From an uncultured Desulfobacter sp. (GTDB lineage: Bacteria; Desulfobacterota; Desulfobacteria; Desulfobacterales; Desulfobacteraceae), in contig OY762069.1 of the NCBI GenBank assembly GCA_963665095.1, positions 1,216,001 to 1,280,000 of the forward strand: a stretch of 64,000 nucleotides of DNA, given 5' to 3'. The position numbers and the translations under genes were made by a program. Below the pieces are notes generated by a model. The model ran no database searches. It saw only the letters and a list, made by a program, of their open reading frames with translations, and was not told the origin of the DNA. Positions 1-9,081 of this stretch are shown here, piece after piece. Within the stretch, counting starts at the first letter, position 1; each line of letters begins with the position of its first letter.

Positions 1-1
1 C

Positions 2-184
2 CTTGAAGGCGGCACAGCGCTTTCCTACCGGATTTATGAAAAGGGGTTACGAAGGCTTCTGGATGTCCAGTCCGGTTTCACGCTTCCCCAAGGAATCAAA
101 GAGGTGCGCCGCATCCGGCCGGAACCGCCAGTGAACAACACATCTGTGTTTGCGATAAAAGAGCGTTTCCCCAACAATTTATGA
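2..184 (+). CDS. 3' end of an unidentified ORF running in from before the window
   Basis: Frame 2 is open from the window edge (LEGGTALSYRIYEKGLRRLLD...FPNNL) to TGA at 182-184; family not recognised. Confidence 0.3.
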   Translation, partial: LEGGTALSYRIYEKGLRRLLDVQSGFTLPQGIKEVRRIRPEPPVNNTSVFAIKERFPNNL

Positions 185-323
185 GCGGTTTGAAAAACTT
201 ATTCGGGCAACTATCTCATACCCTTTGCCTGATCTATGATTCTTGAACAGAGACAGGCCATGGATACGGGTAAAGCAGGCGTGTTTGGGTGGAATGGAAA
301 TCAGAATACGGTCGTGATATTGC

Positions 324-374
324 AAACAACCTTCCTTTCATAGCGTTGATCAGCTAATGAAAGGAAGGTTGTTT
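324..374. terminator. Long perfect hairpin, probable bidirectional terminator
   Basis: 18-bp inverted repeat AAACAACCTTCCTTTCAT (324-341) / ATGAAAGGAAGGTTGTTT (357-374) between convergent ORFs. Confidence 0.55.
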
Positions 375-484
375 ATATTTAACTCACGGAACTGTCAAAC
401 TTATTGATGACTCGACCCCCACCCCGACCTGAGGCATGGTACCCAGTAAAATTTAAAAAGACAGAACCTTAATCATCCTAAACT

Positions 485-643
485 CTAATGGTGCGACTCA
501 CCATCGTCATTTACGGTGTCATATGCCGCCTTGAGAATGCAGTAGGTCATTCCCGCACCCAGAATAGAGATGGCATACCAGAACCCGCCGAAAAAAATGG
601 CATGGCCGATGTCCCAGGCCCATTCAAAACAAAAGGGAAACAT
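485..643 (-). CDS. 52-aa membrane protein directly downstream of qrcD (not in ORF track)
   Basis: MFPFCFEWAWDIGHAIFFGGFWYAISILGAGMTYCILKAAYDTVNDDGESHH; AAGGAGG RBS at 650-656 overlapping the qrcD stop; one hydrophobic segment. Confidence 0.75.
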   Translation of the reverse strand: MFPFCFEWAWDIGHAIFFGGFWYAISILGAGMTYCILKAAYDTVNDDGESHH

Positions 644-655
644 AAGAAACCTCCT

Positions 656-1915
656 TTATCCGTTTTGAGCTGCCGTATCGGCAGGTTTGTTAAGTTCCAG
701 CTCCTGGGGGAATACCGGCAGGTACCGGTATGCCACGGCGATCAGGATAATGCCGTAGGCCACAGGCAGAACCGTTGTGGCAATTTCCTGCCAGCTTGGG
801 AAATACAATGCCCAGGTGTCAAAGGACATGACAGGTACAGCCATGATCTGGAGCACCATAACCCAGCGGTTCAGACATACACCGATAACACCCAGGGTAA
901 TGGCAATCAGGCGTGTGGTTGGGTTTTCCCGGGTGCTTTTCATGATCAGCAGAAGCCCTGGGACCACACCGCACAGGATCACTTCGGTAATGAGAATCCA
1001 GTATCCGTAGAACCCGTTATTGCTGTAAAAGTGACTCAGCTTGAACCCCATGGAAGGTGCGGTTACATAGGCCCAGTAAATGGTGTCTATGATTTTGGCC
1101 ACAATGTAGGTAGTGATCATCCATCCGGATATTTTGGCCAGCAGGTGAACCGTTTTGTCTCCCACCAACTTTTTACCCGTAACTGCTTCAGTAATCCTGG
1201 TTACCAGCAGGGTAAAGCATGGACCAAAAGCCGCTGCAGACCAGGTAAACAAAAAGAACGTCCACGGCCAGATCAAAAGGCCCTCACGATAGGCAAAGGG
1301 TCTGCCGAACATAACGCCGGCCACACCACCCAGAGATCCCTGGTGGAAAAAGCTTAAAAAAGCACCTGTTGCGGCAAAGACAGCCATCACTTCGTGCATG
1401 TTGTGGGCCAGGTGATGAAAGAACGGCACCTTGTAAGCCTGGCGGTTTTCCAGGATATTGGGAATGAACTCAATGGTCAGCACTGCAAAGTAGCAGGATA
1501 GACAGAAGGCCACCTCGGTGAGCATGGAATGCACATTGGCATGCCAGAAGATGAACCACCCGCGCAAAGGCTGTCCAATATCAATGGCCAGAATCAGAAG
1601 GGCTGAGCTGTAGCAGATAAACCCAATGATAACGGCAAAGTTAATGATATTTTTCAGCTCATCAACCTTGAAAATATACTTTAAAAGGCCAGTAAAAAAT
1701 GCGCCGCCGCCTACGGCAATAACTGCCAGGTCAGCCCAGATCCACAGGGCAAACCCGTAATAATCGTTCATATTGGTCTGGTTCAGGCCTTTGAACCAGC
1801 AAAGGAACATGGCGATAACGCCCCAGAGAAGAACGACACCGACTATGCTGATCCCAATCATGAATTTCGGGAATGCACACCGTTTGGCGCCTTCGGGTAT
1901 TAATGCATCATCCAT
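656..1915 (-). CDS. qrcD: Menaquinone reductase integral membrane subunit (NrfD/PsrC family)
   Basis: Polytopic membrane protein with DIGQPLR and SFFHQGSLGG motifs; fourth gene of a cytochrome c / Mo-family / FeS / NrfD operon. Confidence 0.9.
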   Translation of the reverse strand: MDDALIPEGAKRCAFPKFMIGISIVGVVLLWGVIAMFLCWFKGLNQTNMNDYYGFALWIWADLAVIAVGGGAFFTGLLKYIFKVDELKNIINFAVIIGFICYSSALLILAIDIGQPLRGWFIFWHANVHSMLTEVAFCLSCYFAVLTIEFIPNILENRQAYKVPFFHHLAHNMHEVMAVFAATGAFLSFFHQGSLGGVAGVMFGRPFAYREGLLIWPWTFFLFTWSAAAFGPCFTLLVTRITEAVTGKKLVGDKTVHLLAKISGWMITTYIVAKIIDTIYWAYVTAPSMGFKLSHFYSNNGFYGYWILITEVILCGVVPGLLLIMKSTRENPTTRLIAITLGVIGVCLNRWVMVLQIMAVPVMSFDTWALYFPSWQEIATTVLPVAYGIILIAVAYRYLPVFPQELELNKPADTAAQNG

Positions 1916-1946
1916 ATCTAATTACTCCTAAATAGTTTTATGCAAG

Positions 1947-2804
1947 TTAACCATGGGATGAAGACGCCCCATGATGGGTTTTAACATTTTCCCACTCACC
2001 TTTAAGATAGTTGTCACCGGCTTTCCTAACCCATTCCCGGTCAGACATGTAATACACCTTGGTGTTGGTGCCAAGACGTTCAAGCAGCCTGAATACTTTG
2101 GGGTTTCTGGATTTGCCGACAACTTTGTGGTTCATGGGGTCCGGATGGGGATCTGGTTTGACAATCTGGTGCACCTTGTGGGCCGGATTATTCAAATCCC
2201 CGAATACAATGGCACCGGCCGGGCATGCGGTGGTGCACGCGGTCTGGTATTCCATCTCTTCTATTTCGCGTTCTTCAGCAATGGCTGCTTCACGGGCCAG
2301 CTGATATCTGTGGTAACAGAAGGAGCATTTCTCTACCACCCCGCGCATACGCGGAGAGACATTGGGACTGAGGTAATTTTCCATCCCTTCCGGCCATTTG
2401 GGATCCCACCAGTTGAAATACCGGGCATGATAAGGGCATGCCCCCATGCAGTACCGGCAGCCAAAGCAGCGGGTATAAATCTGGCTGACAATACCAGTGT
2501 CATAGCCATAGTCAGTTGCTGTTGCAGGACATACAGAGACGCATGGGGAGTGGCCATGGTCACCAATTCCGCCGCAGTGCTGGCAGGGTCTTGGCAGATA
2601 GACCACTTCGGTTTCAGGAAAAGATTTTCCGTTGGTCAGTTTGTACACCCGCATCCAGGTGATGCTGTCCTTTTTGTTGGATTCATCCTCCTTAAACGGA
2701 ACGTTATTTTCTGACATGCACGAGACCATGCAGGCACCACATCCCGTGCATTTGTCCAGATCAATGACCATTCCGAACTTATGGGCTTTTTTATTTTCTA
2801 TCAT
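1947..2804 (-). CDS. qrcC: Menaquinone reductase iron-sulfur subunit
   Basis: DLDKCTGCGAC, PCQHC...CVSVCP, CFGCRYCMGACPY and KCSFC...CTTACP ferredoxin motifs. Confidence 0.9.
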   Translation of the reverse strand: MIENKKAHKFGMVIDLDKCTGCGACMVSCMSENNVPFKEDESNKKDSITWMRVYKLTNGKSFPETEVVYLPRPCQHCGGIGDHGHSPCVSVCPATATDYGYDTGIVSQIYTRCFGCRYCMGACPYHARYFNWWDPKWPEGMENYLSPNVSPRMRGVVEKCSFCYHRYQLAREAAIAEEREIEEMEYQTACTTACPAGAIVFGDLNNPAHKVHQIVKPDPHPDPMNHKVVGKSRNPKVFRLLERLGTNTKVYYMSDREWVRKAGDNYLKGEWENVKTHHGASSSHG

Positions 2805-2836
2805 CAGAACCTCTTAAAAAGATTTGGTAAACAGTT

Positions 2837-4951
2837 TTATGCCTTGGAAAGTGTTGCCTTGATTCCAAAGGCAGCATCCAGTCCTGAACCAGGCTCGATG
2901 ACCGGGCCGATCAGATCATTGACATTAACGCCCTTGCCCGCCACATAGGGATTGTTGCACTTGTGGCCAAGGCCTCTTGCCATGCCGATCACTCCCGGCT
3001 GAATACCTTCATTGAGGCCAATTTTCACCTTAGCCGTTCCCACTGCAGTTTTCAAAACAGCAAAGTCGCCATCCTTCAGAGACCCTGCAGAAGCGGGATT
3101 GATTTCCACAACAATGCTCTTGCCGGTGAGTACCCGGTCTGACACCGTTTTAATGGCAAAGGGAGAGGAGGCAGTGTCAGCCCCGGCCAGACGCATATTA
3201 TCCACAGGCACCAGGGTAAAATCCCCCTCACCCATGGGCTGGATGGCAGCAGGTCCGGAAGAGAGGAAGTTGAAATCCGTGGCAGGCATCCCCACCGGCG
3301 GTTTATCCTCAATGACAATATAGCCCTCTTCGGAAAGGGTGTCCCAGTTATCCTGGGCAGCTTCTTCCAGGCAGGCATCATAGGATTCCCACTCAAAACC
3401 GGCTGCAATACTGTCTCCCATGGCCTGGGCCAGAAGAATCAGGGCATCACCCGGATGTTTGGTATCAAACGCCGGTTTAACCATAGGACGGCATAAGCCC
3501 ACAACTGTTTTGGGAAGCCCTGCGCCGGAAGGCACATCTTCAAGACGTTCAAGGAAAATGGAAGCAGGCAGGATCACGTCGGACTGCAGGGCGGTTTCAT
3601 CCATGAATGAGGAAAAACTGACCTTGAAATCAATCTTTTCCATGGCTGCCTTGACCTTATCAGGCGCATGCAGGGTGTAGCAGGGATTGGCATTGTAAAT
3701 GAACAATGCAGAGAGCCCCTTTTCCTTTTCAAGCTTTTCAACCAGTTCACTGATGGAACCGGCAAGTTTTTCTTTAGCCGCCCCTGTTTCCGCGATCTCA
3801 TCCTGTTCAAGCTCGGGAAAGGAGAGATAGTCTGTGACAGGCATAACAAATGCACCGCCTTCCTTGTTCAACCGACCAGCCAAGGCGTTCAGGGTCTGAA
3901 CAGCAGCAAATTCGCGCAGGCTTTGTCCATAATCGCCCTTTCCTTTTCCGGGAACCGCCACTGGTGCTTTGGCCTTAACAAACTCCATGGCAAGCGCTTC
4001 TATATCAGCGGCCTTGACACCGGTAACCGCTTCCACCTTTTCCGGTGTGTAATTCTTGGTTACCATGGCATGAAATTTATTGATGCCGCCGGTAAGCCTT
4101 CCAGGAGCAATCTGGTTCTTTGAAAGCAGTACCGCGCACAGCCCTAAGGCCAGATCGGCTTCGGTTCCGGGTTTTACAACGATCCATTTATCTGCACTGT
4201 TCGCTGTATTGGAAAGCCGGTAATCGATCTGAACCAGTTTTGCGCCGCGCTCTTTTCGTGCGGCATGGGCCTGAATGCAGGCCACCGGAGACCCCCAGCC
4301 TTCAATGAGACCGGCACCGAAACTTAAAATAAAATCAGAATGGTCAAGATCAAAACCAAGTGTCCGGTCAGCACTGTGAAGAGAGGCTGCTGTCAGGGCC
4401 AGATTGGTTTCAAGGCTTGGCATGGCATAGGTGTTTGGCGAACCAAAAGCATCCATGAATCGTGAAAACAATTTTGCCACGGAACCACAGGTGGTACCGG
4501 TGATCAGGCCAAGACCTTCAGGTGTTCCGTTTTCACGTAAAGCCCCAAGCTTTCCTGTAACAAGGGCAATGGCCTCATCCCAGGAAATCGCCTCAAATCT
4601 GTTTCCGTTCTTTTTCATGGGTGATTTGACTCTGGCAGGGTCATAGAGATACTGCAGGCCGGAAATACCATGCAGACATGCACCGCCGTTGTTAATGGGA
4701 TATTCGTCAAGCCCTTCTATTTTTACGGGCCGTCCGTTAACTTTTCTGACGTTAATACCGCAGGCGCCTGGACACAGGCTGCATACGGAACGTTCATAGG
4801 TTATTTCACCGTCTTCAGGGACAGGGGTCCAGGGCCAGTTCTGGGTCCAGATGGAAGAGTCATCTGTCAGCTTGATGCCCACAGGAGAGAGCGCTACGCC
4901 AGCTGCCGCGCCAAGTCCCAATCCCAAGAAGCTTCGTCTGTCAATTTTCAT
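2837..4951 (-). CDS. qrcB: Menaquinone reductase molybdopterin-oxidoreductase-like subunit
   Basis: Tat signal (DRRSFL), WTQNWPW, CSLCPGACG...C cluster motif, DMSO-reductase-family fold motifs. Confidence 0.88.
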   Translation of the reverse strand: MKIDRRSFLGLGLGAAAGVALSPVGIKLTDDSSIWTQNWPWTPVPEDGEITYERSVCSLCPGACGINVRKVNGRPVKIEGLDEYPINNGGACLHGISGLQYLYDPARVKSPMKKNGNRFEAISWDEAIALVTGKLGALRENGTPEGLGLITGTTCGSVAKLFSRFMDAFGSPNTYAMPSLETNLALTAASLHSADRTLGFDLDHSDFILSFGAGLIEGWGSPVACIQAHAARKERGAKLVQIDYRLSNTANSADKWIVVKPGTEADLALGLCAVLLSKNQIAPGRLTGGINKFHAMVTKNYTPEKVEAVTGVKAADIEALAMEFVKAKAPVAVPGKGKGDYGQSLREFAAVQTLNALAGRLNKEGGAFVMPVTDYLSFPELEQDEIAETGAAKEKLAGSISELVEKLEKEKGLSALFIYNANPCYTLHAPDKVKAAMEKIDFKVSFSSFMDETALQSDVILPASIFLERLEDVPSGAGLPKTVVGLCRPMVKPAFDTKHPGDALILLAQAMGDSIAAGFEWESYDACLEEAAQDNWDTLSEEGYIVIEDKPPVGMPATDFNFLSSGPAAIQPMGEGDFTLVPVDNMRLAGADTASSPFAIKTVSDRVLTGKSIVVEINPASAGSLKDGDFAVLKTAVGTAKVKIGLNEGIQPGVIGMARGLGHKCNNPYVAGKGVNVNDLIGPVIEPGSGLDAAFGIKATLSKA

Positions 4952-4995
4952 AAGTCATCCTTTATAAACTTTGAAATTTTTGTCCTTGAGGTATT

Positions 4996-5667
4996 TTACT
5001 TGTGGCACTGGAAGCAGTAACCCTTGTGACCCATTTTTTCCTGATGACATTCTGCGCAGTCATCCATCTTCATCCGATCCCAGGAGTTCTTTTTAATTCC
5101 CCAGATGCTTTTCCCCCAGATGTCCCGGCTGTAACCGGTGATTCTGTTTTCCTCATAGGGGCGTGAAGATGTGGATTCACCAATATGACCGTGGCAGGTT
5201 ACGCACGCCATGCCGCCACCCACTGTGTGGGCCGCATGGGAGAAAAATACGCAGTCCGGCTGTTTGGCATACACCAGCCATGGGACTTCCTTGCCCTGGG
5301 CCACATATTCCTCAATGAAAACCGCTTCATCATCAGTCTCACCCATGGGCTCGTCCGTATGGCACTCCATACAGGCAGCCAGGCCGGGAATGCCTGAAAA
5401 TGTGCCGTCATCTCTGAGGTAATGGCAGGTTTCACAATCACCTGTTTCTTCTGCATGAAGCTTGTGATCGAAGTTAAACGGCTGCTCTTTTTTTGAATAA
5501 AGCAATTTGGGAAACAGCAGCCAGCCCGACAGGAAGCATATCAGAAATGCCCCCATAAAAAAGATGACGCCAAGCCCTAAACCAGCGTCATCCTTTGGAC
5601 CGTTGTCGGTGCCATGGTGCGCACCACTCTCAGGACCATCATTTGCTTTGTTTTCTAGTTCGCTCAT
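4996..5667 (-). CDS. qrcA: Menaquinone reductase membrane-anchored pentaheme cytochrome c
   Basis: One TM helix, five CxxCH motifs (CETCH, CMECH, CVTCH, CAECH, CFQCH), QPDCVFFSH. Confidence 0.9.
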   Translation of the reverse strand: MSELENKANDGPESGAHHGTDNGPKDDAGLGLGVIFFMGAFLICFLSGWLLFPKLLYSKKEQPFNFDHKLHAEETGDCETCHYLRDDGTFSGIPGLAACMECHTDEPMGETDDEAVFIEEYVAQGKEVPWLVYAKQPDCVFFSHAAHTVGGGMACVTCHGHIGESTSSRPYEENRITGYSRDIWGKSIWGIKKNSWDRMKMDDCAECHQEKMGHKGYCFQCHK

Positions 5668-6215
5668 GAAAACTCCATCAATGTTAAATTGTTGATGTTA
5701 CCATACCCTTAGCAGCCCCGGGGGTAAGCCCGCAGGCATATATATACTTTCCGCAGAACAGCAATACCATGCAGATTCTGCAATACGTCCGAGAAAACAT
5801 GAATCGCTCAATCTATATTAAGATATGGTTTTCTTGTCAAGACTATTTGGGAAAAGGCGTGTCACGGAAACCCTTGTCAAACAGCACGGTGATGCCCATA
5901 AACACCACTTTTTTTTAACAGGATCACTTTTATGCTTTCTTTTTTTATAAATATCTGATTTTAACAATTCAATATCTCGTGAAAAATTTTGTATTAGGAT
6001 GCATAAAGATTCAGGTTGGCTTCGATCTTTATGCTCCCAATTGACACAACATAAAAATTGAAAAGAAATTAAGAATATTTTCAGTCAGGGGCGGACTGTT
6101 TTTTCACATCCAGGATCATCGCACAGCAGAATGGGCGCCTTAAGTCAGCAGGTTATCGACTCAGTCATACTTAAACGGACAGGATTTATATATATAAATA
6201 CCAAGGAGGTATAGT

Positions 6216-6779
6216 ATGAAAAAATCTCTGGGAGCCGGTACCTTTTTCCCTGCAACACCTGTCGTATTAGTAGGAACTTACGACCATGCGGGCAAACCAA
6301 ACCTGATGACAGCCGCATGGACAGGTATCTGCTGCTCCAAACCGCCATGCATGAATGTATCTCTTCGAAAGGCCACCTATTCCTACAGCGGCCTCCAGCA
6401 GCGAAAGGCATTTACCCTTGGCGTCCCATCGGCATCGCAGGTAAAAGAAGCTGATTTTATGGGCATTGTCAGCGGCCGTGATACAGACAAGTTTGAAAAC
6501 GCAGGATTTACTGCGGTGAAAAGCGACGTGGTAGATGCCCCCTATGCCGCTCAGATTCCTTTTATTGTGGAATGCCGTCTGATCCAAAGCCTGGAACTTG
6601 GCCTGCACACCCTGTTTGTGGGAGAGATTATGGATGTAAAGGCCGAAGAATATATCATGAACGGCGACGGACGCCCGGATCTGTCCAAGCTGTCCCCGTT
6701 TGTTTATGACAGCATTCGAAAGGAGTACCATGGTGTAGGCCAGATACTAGGCCGGGCCTTCTCCGTCGGTCACCCTTAA
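6216..6779 (+). CDS. Flavin reductase family protein (flavoredoxin-like)
   Basis: PVVLVGTYD..GKPNLMTAAW, SGRDTDKF, GLHTLFVGEI; AAGGAGG RBS. Confidence 0.85.
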   Translation: MKKSLGAGTFFPATPVVLVGTYDHAGKPNLMTAAWTGICCSKPPCMNVSLRKATYSYSGLQQRKAFTLGVPSASQVKEADFMGIVSGRDTDKFENAGFTAVKSDVVDAPYAAQIPFIVECRLIQSLELGLHTLFVGEIMDVKAEEYIMNGDGRPDLSKLSPFVYDSIRKEYHGVGQILGRAFSVGHP

Positions 6780-6792
6780 GAAAACTGCACCA

Positions 6793-7626
6793 TTATGCGT
6801 AACTGTGCAGCCCGCTTAACAGATAGTTGACGCCGAAATAGGTGAACAACACACCTGCAAAACCGATAATGGACACAATGGCCAGATTTTTACCGTGCCA
6901 GCCGCGCATAAGCCGCAGGTGCAGAAAAATGGCATAGATGAACCAGGTGATTAAAGACCAGGTCTCCTTGGGATCCCATGACCAGTATTTACCCCAGGCA
7001 GAATTGGCCCAGACCGATCCTGTTATAATACCTATGGTCAGAAATAAAAACCCGAAAACAATCATCTGGTAGGTCAGCTCATCAATGGTATCCCAGTCCG
7101 GAAGCCTGGCAAACAGGGTCCGGGCTTCCGGATCTTTGGGTTTGATAAAATACATGAAGCTGAACCCGAAAGCCAGGGCAAACCCGGCATACCCCAGAAA
7201 ACAGGTAATAACATGGGCAATAAGCCAGTTGGATTTCAGTGCCGGAATCAAAGGGCTGATCTTTGAGGTAATGGACGGATCAAAAGACGCATAGGCAATG
7301 CCTAAAAATATCAGAGGAGAGACAAATACACCGATAATGCTCTCCTTGTATTTAACTTCAACAAACACGTACAGGACCGCAGCTGTCCAGGAAAAAAAGA
7401 CAAGGGATTCATACATATTTGAAAAAGGAGCATGGCCGTATCCGATACGGTATGACTCCACCCACCGCAGTATAATACCACAGGTATTGGCGGCAAGGCC
7501 GATGACAATCACCCAGAACCCAAACCGGGCAAGTACCTGTTTTTTGAATGAGAAAGAACCGATATAAAGCACAGATGCCAGGGCATAAATAAATGTTGCA
7601 GCTGATAATAACAGGGAGTGATTCAT
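6793..7626 (-). CDS. ccsA: System II cytochrome c biogenesis heme-delivery protein (CcsA/ResC)
   Basis: WWD motif WANSAWGKYWSWDPKETW and C-terminal GLHSYA. Confidence 0.92.
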   Translation of the reverse strand: MNHSLLLSAATFIYALASVLYIGSFSFKKQVLARFGFWVIVIGLAANTCGIILRWVESYRIGYGHAPFSNMYESLVFFSWTAAVLYVFVEVKYKESIIGVFVSPLIFLGIAYASFDPSITSKISPLIPALKSNWLIAHVITCFLGYAGFALAFGFSFMYFIKPKDPEARTLFARLPDWDTIDELTYQMIVFGFLFLTIGIITGSVWANSAWGKYWSWDPKETWSLITWFIYAIFLHLRLMRGWHGKNLAIVSIIGFAGVLFTYFGVNYLLSGLHSYA

Positions 7627-9026
7627 TTTCCTGAAATTTCCTTTAATTCTTTTGCAAGTTTTTTAACAATCAGATTGGTACTCTGGGCATTGCGGTTGGC
7701 CCGGCCTGCCACCCATCCCCGAGTGAGACCGTTCCCTGCCGGTTCAAGGACAATGCATACGGACTGGTGGGAAATAAAAAAAGTAACCCAGCAGCCAATG
7801 ATCATGAGGATAAATCCACCGTAAACAAAGGGAACGCCCGGGTCCTTTGTCACCTGAAGGCCGCTATAATATGCCTGTTCAAAGGATTTTACCTCTACGG
7901 CAAACCTGCCTTTGCGCATTTTGTCAAAGGTGGGGAACTGGGTTGGCAACGCCACCCGGGTACTGTTTTCTCCGGGCAGGTCAATCCGGCCGATAAACGC
8001 TTCCCCGAGATTATGCCCGTTAAAGGTATAACGGGGCAGAAAACCCTCAAAGGTAAAGGTGCCGGCACCCTGTGGCAGGGATATCATTCCGCCGTTTTTA
8101 ATGATCTTGCTGATGATATTTCCCGTTGTATTGTCTTTTATTTCAAACAGGGCTTCATCCGGGGTCGTTGTGCCGTAGGAGGCCAGAAAAACATTGATAC
8201 CTTTATACCGTAAGGGGTGGTTCACCCGGATATCCCGGGTCATGCTTTCCTGGTTACCCTCTAAAATGGTCAAACTGGACTTGAACTCATCGGGAGCACC
8301 GGTATCATAGAATTTCACCTGGAAGTCATTGCACCTTATGGCAAAGGGAAGTTTAATGGGCAGTTTGGAATAGACATCAAATACGGTGTCTGCCGCCGTT
8401 CCCTCGTCCAGACGCAGGTCCGCTTTAAAACCAAAGGCGGTACCGATCAAAGCCCCTGCCAAAAGCAGCAGCACACTGGCATGCACCACGTAAACGCCGA
8501 GGCGGGACCAGCGTCCCTTTTCCGCATAAAGAACAAGCCTGTCCCCGTTTCTATTTTCAATAACCTTTCCGGATCTGCGGGCAAGAAGCGTTTTGATCCT
8601 GCCTGCCATCGTATCAATGGACATGTCACAGTCAAAGGCTTGTCGGTTCTTTGCTTTTTCGAACCGCTGGGGATTGACGGATATGCTTTTGGGAAAAATG
8701 ATCTTCCAGGTGACAGAGAGCCTGTCCACAGAGCAGACAACAATATTGACGCACAGCACCACAATAAGCAGCAGATACCACCATGCCTGGTACATCCGGT
8801 CCAGATCCAGCACCTGGATCAGATTGGTCATGCCAGGCCCGTATAGCCTGATATAAGCATCAGAGCTTCCGTTCTGCAGGATTACAGTTCCGATAACAGA
8901 TGTTAAAGCCAGAAGCACCAGGGTATAAACGGTGAGTTTCACCGAGGCAAAAAACATCCAGATATGATCGGCAAAGCTGGTTTTAGATTTCAAATCACGT
9001 CTTTCTTTCTGGTTATACCGTATCAC
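7623..9026 (-). CDS. resB: System II cytochrome c biogenesis protein ResB/CcsB (start may be slightly downstream)
   Basis: SVIGTVILQN, GVYVVH, IRVNHPLRYKG, SGLQVTKDPG; adjacent to ccsA. Confidence 0.88.
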   Translation of the reverse strand: MIRYNQKERRDLKSKTSFADHIWMFFASVKLTVYTLVLLALTSVIGTVILQNGSSDAYIRLYGPGMTNLIQVLDLDRMYQAWWYLLLIVVLCVNIVVCSVDRLSVTWKIIFPKSISVNPQRFEKAKNRQAFDCDMSIDTMAGRIKTLLARRSGKVIENRNGDRLVLYAEKGRWSRLGVYVVHASVLLLLAGALIGTAFGFKADLRLDEGTAADTVFDVYSKLPIKLPFAIRCNDFQVKFYDTGAPDEFKSSLTILEGNQESMTRDIRVNHPLRYKGINVFLASYGTTTPDEALFEIKDNTTGNIISKIIKNGGMISLPQGAGTFTFEGFLPRYTFNGHNLGEAFIGRIDLPGENSTRVALPTQFPTFDKMRKGRFAVEVKSFEQAYYSGLQVTKDPGVPFVYGGFILMIIGCWVTFFISHQSVCIVLEPAGNGLTRGWVAGRANRNAQSTNLIVKKLAKELKEISGK

Positions 9027-9081
9027 TACCTGCGGGGACCCTGACCTTGAAATCTACAGGACCCGTCCATATTCCGTGCAG

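Noticed and set aside
488..2714. Long + strand ORFs 488-1357 and 1971-2714
   Set aside because: Antisense shadows of qrcD and qrcC with no motifs; the same applies to most short opposite-strand ORFs in the track
5975..5996. Rex operator upstream of qrcA
   Set aside because: Only one half-site (TCGTGAAA) matches; the other half is not palindromic
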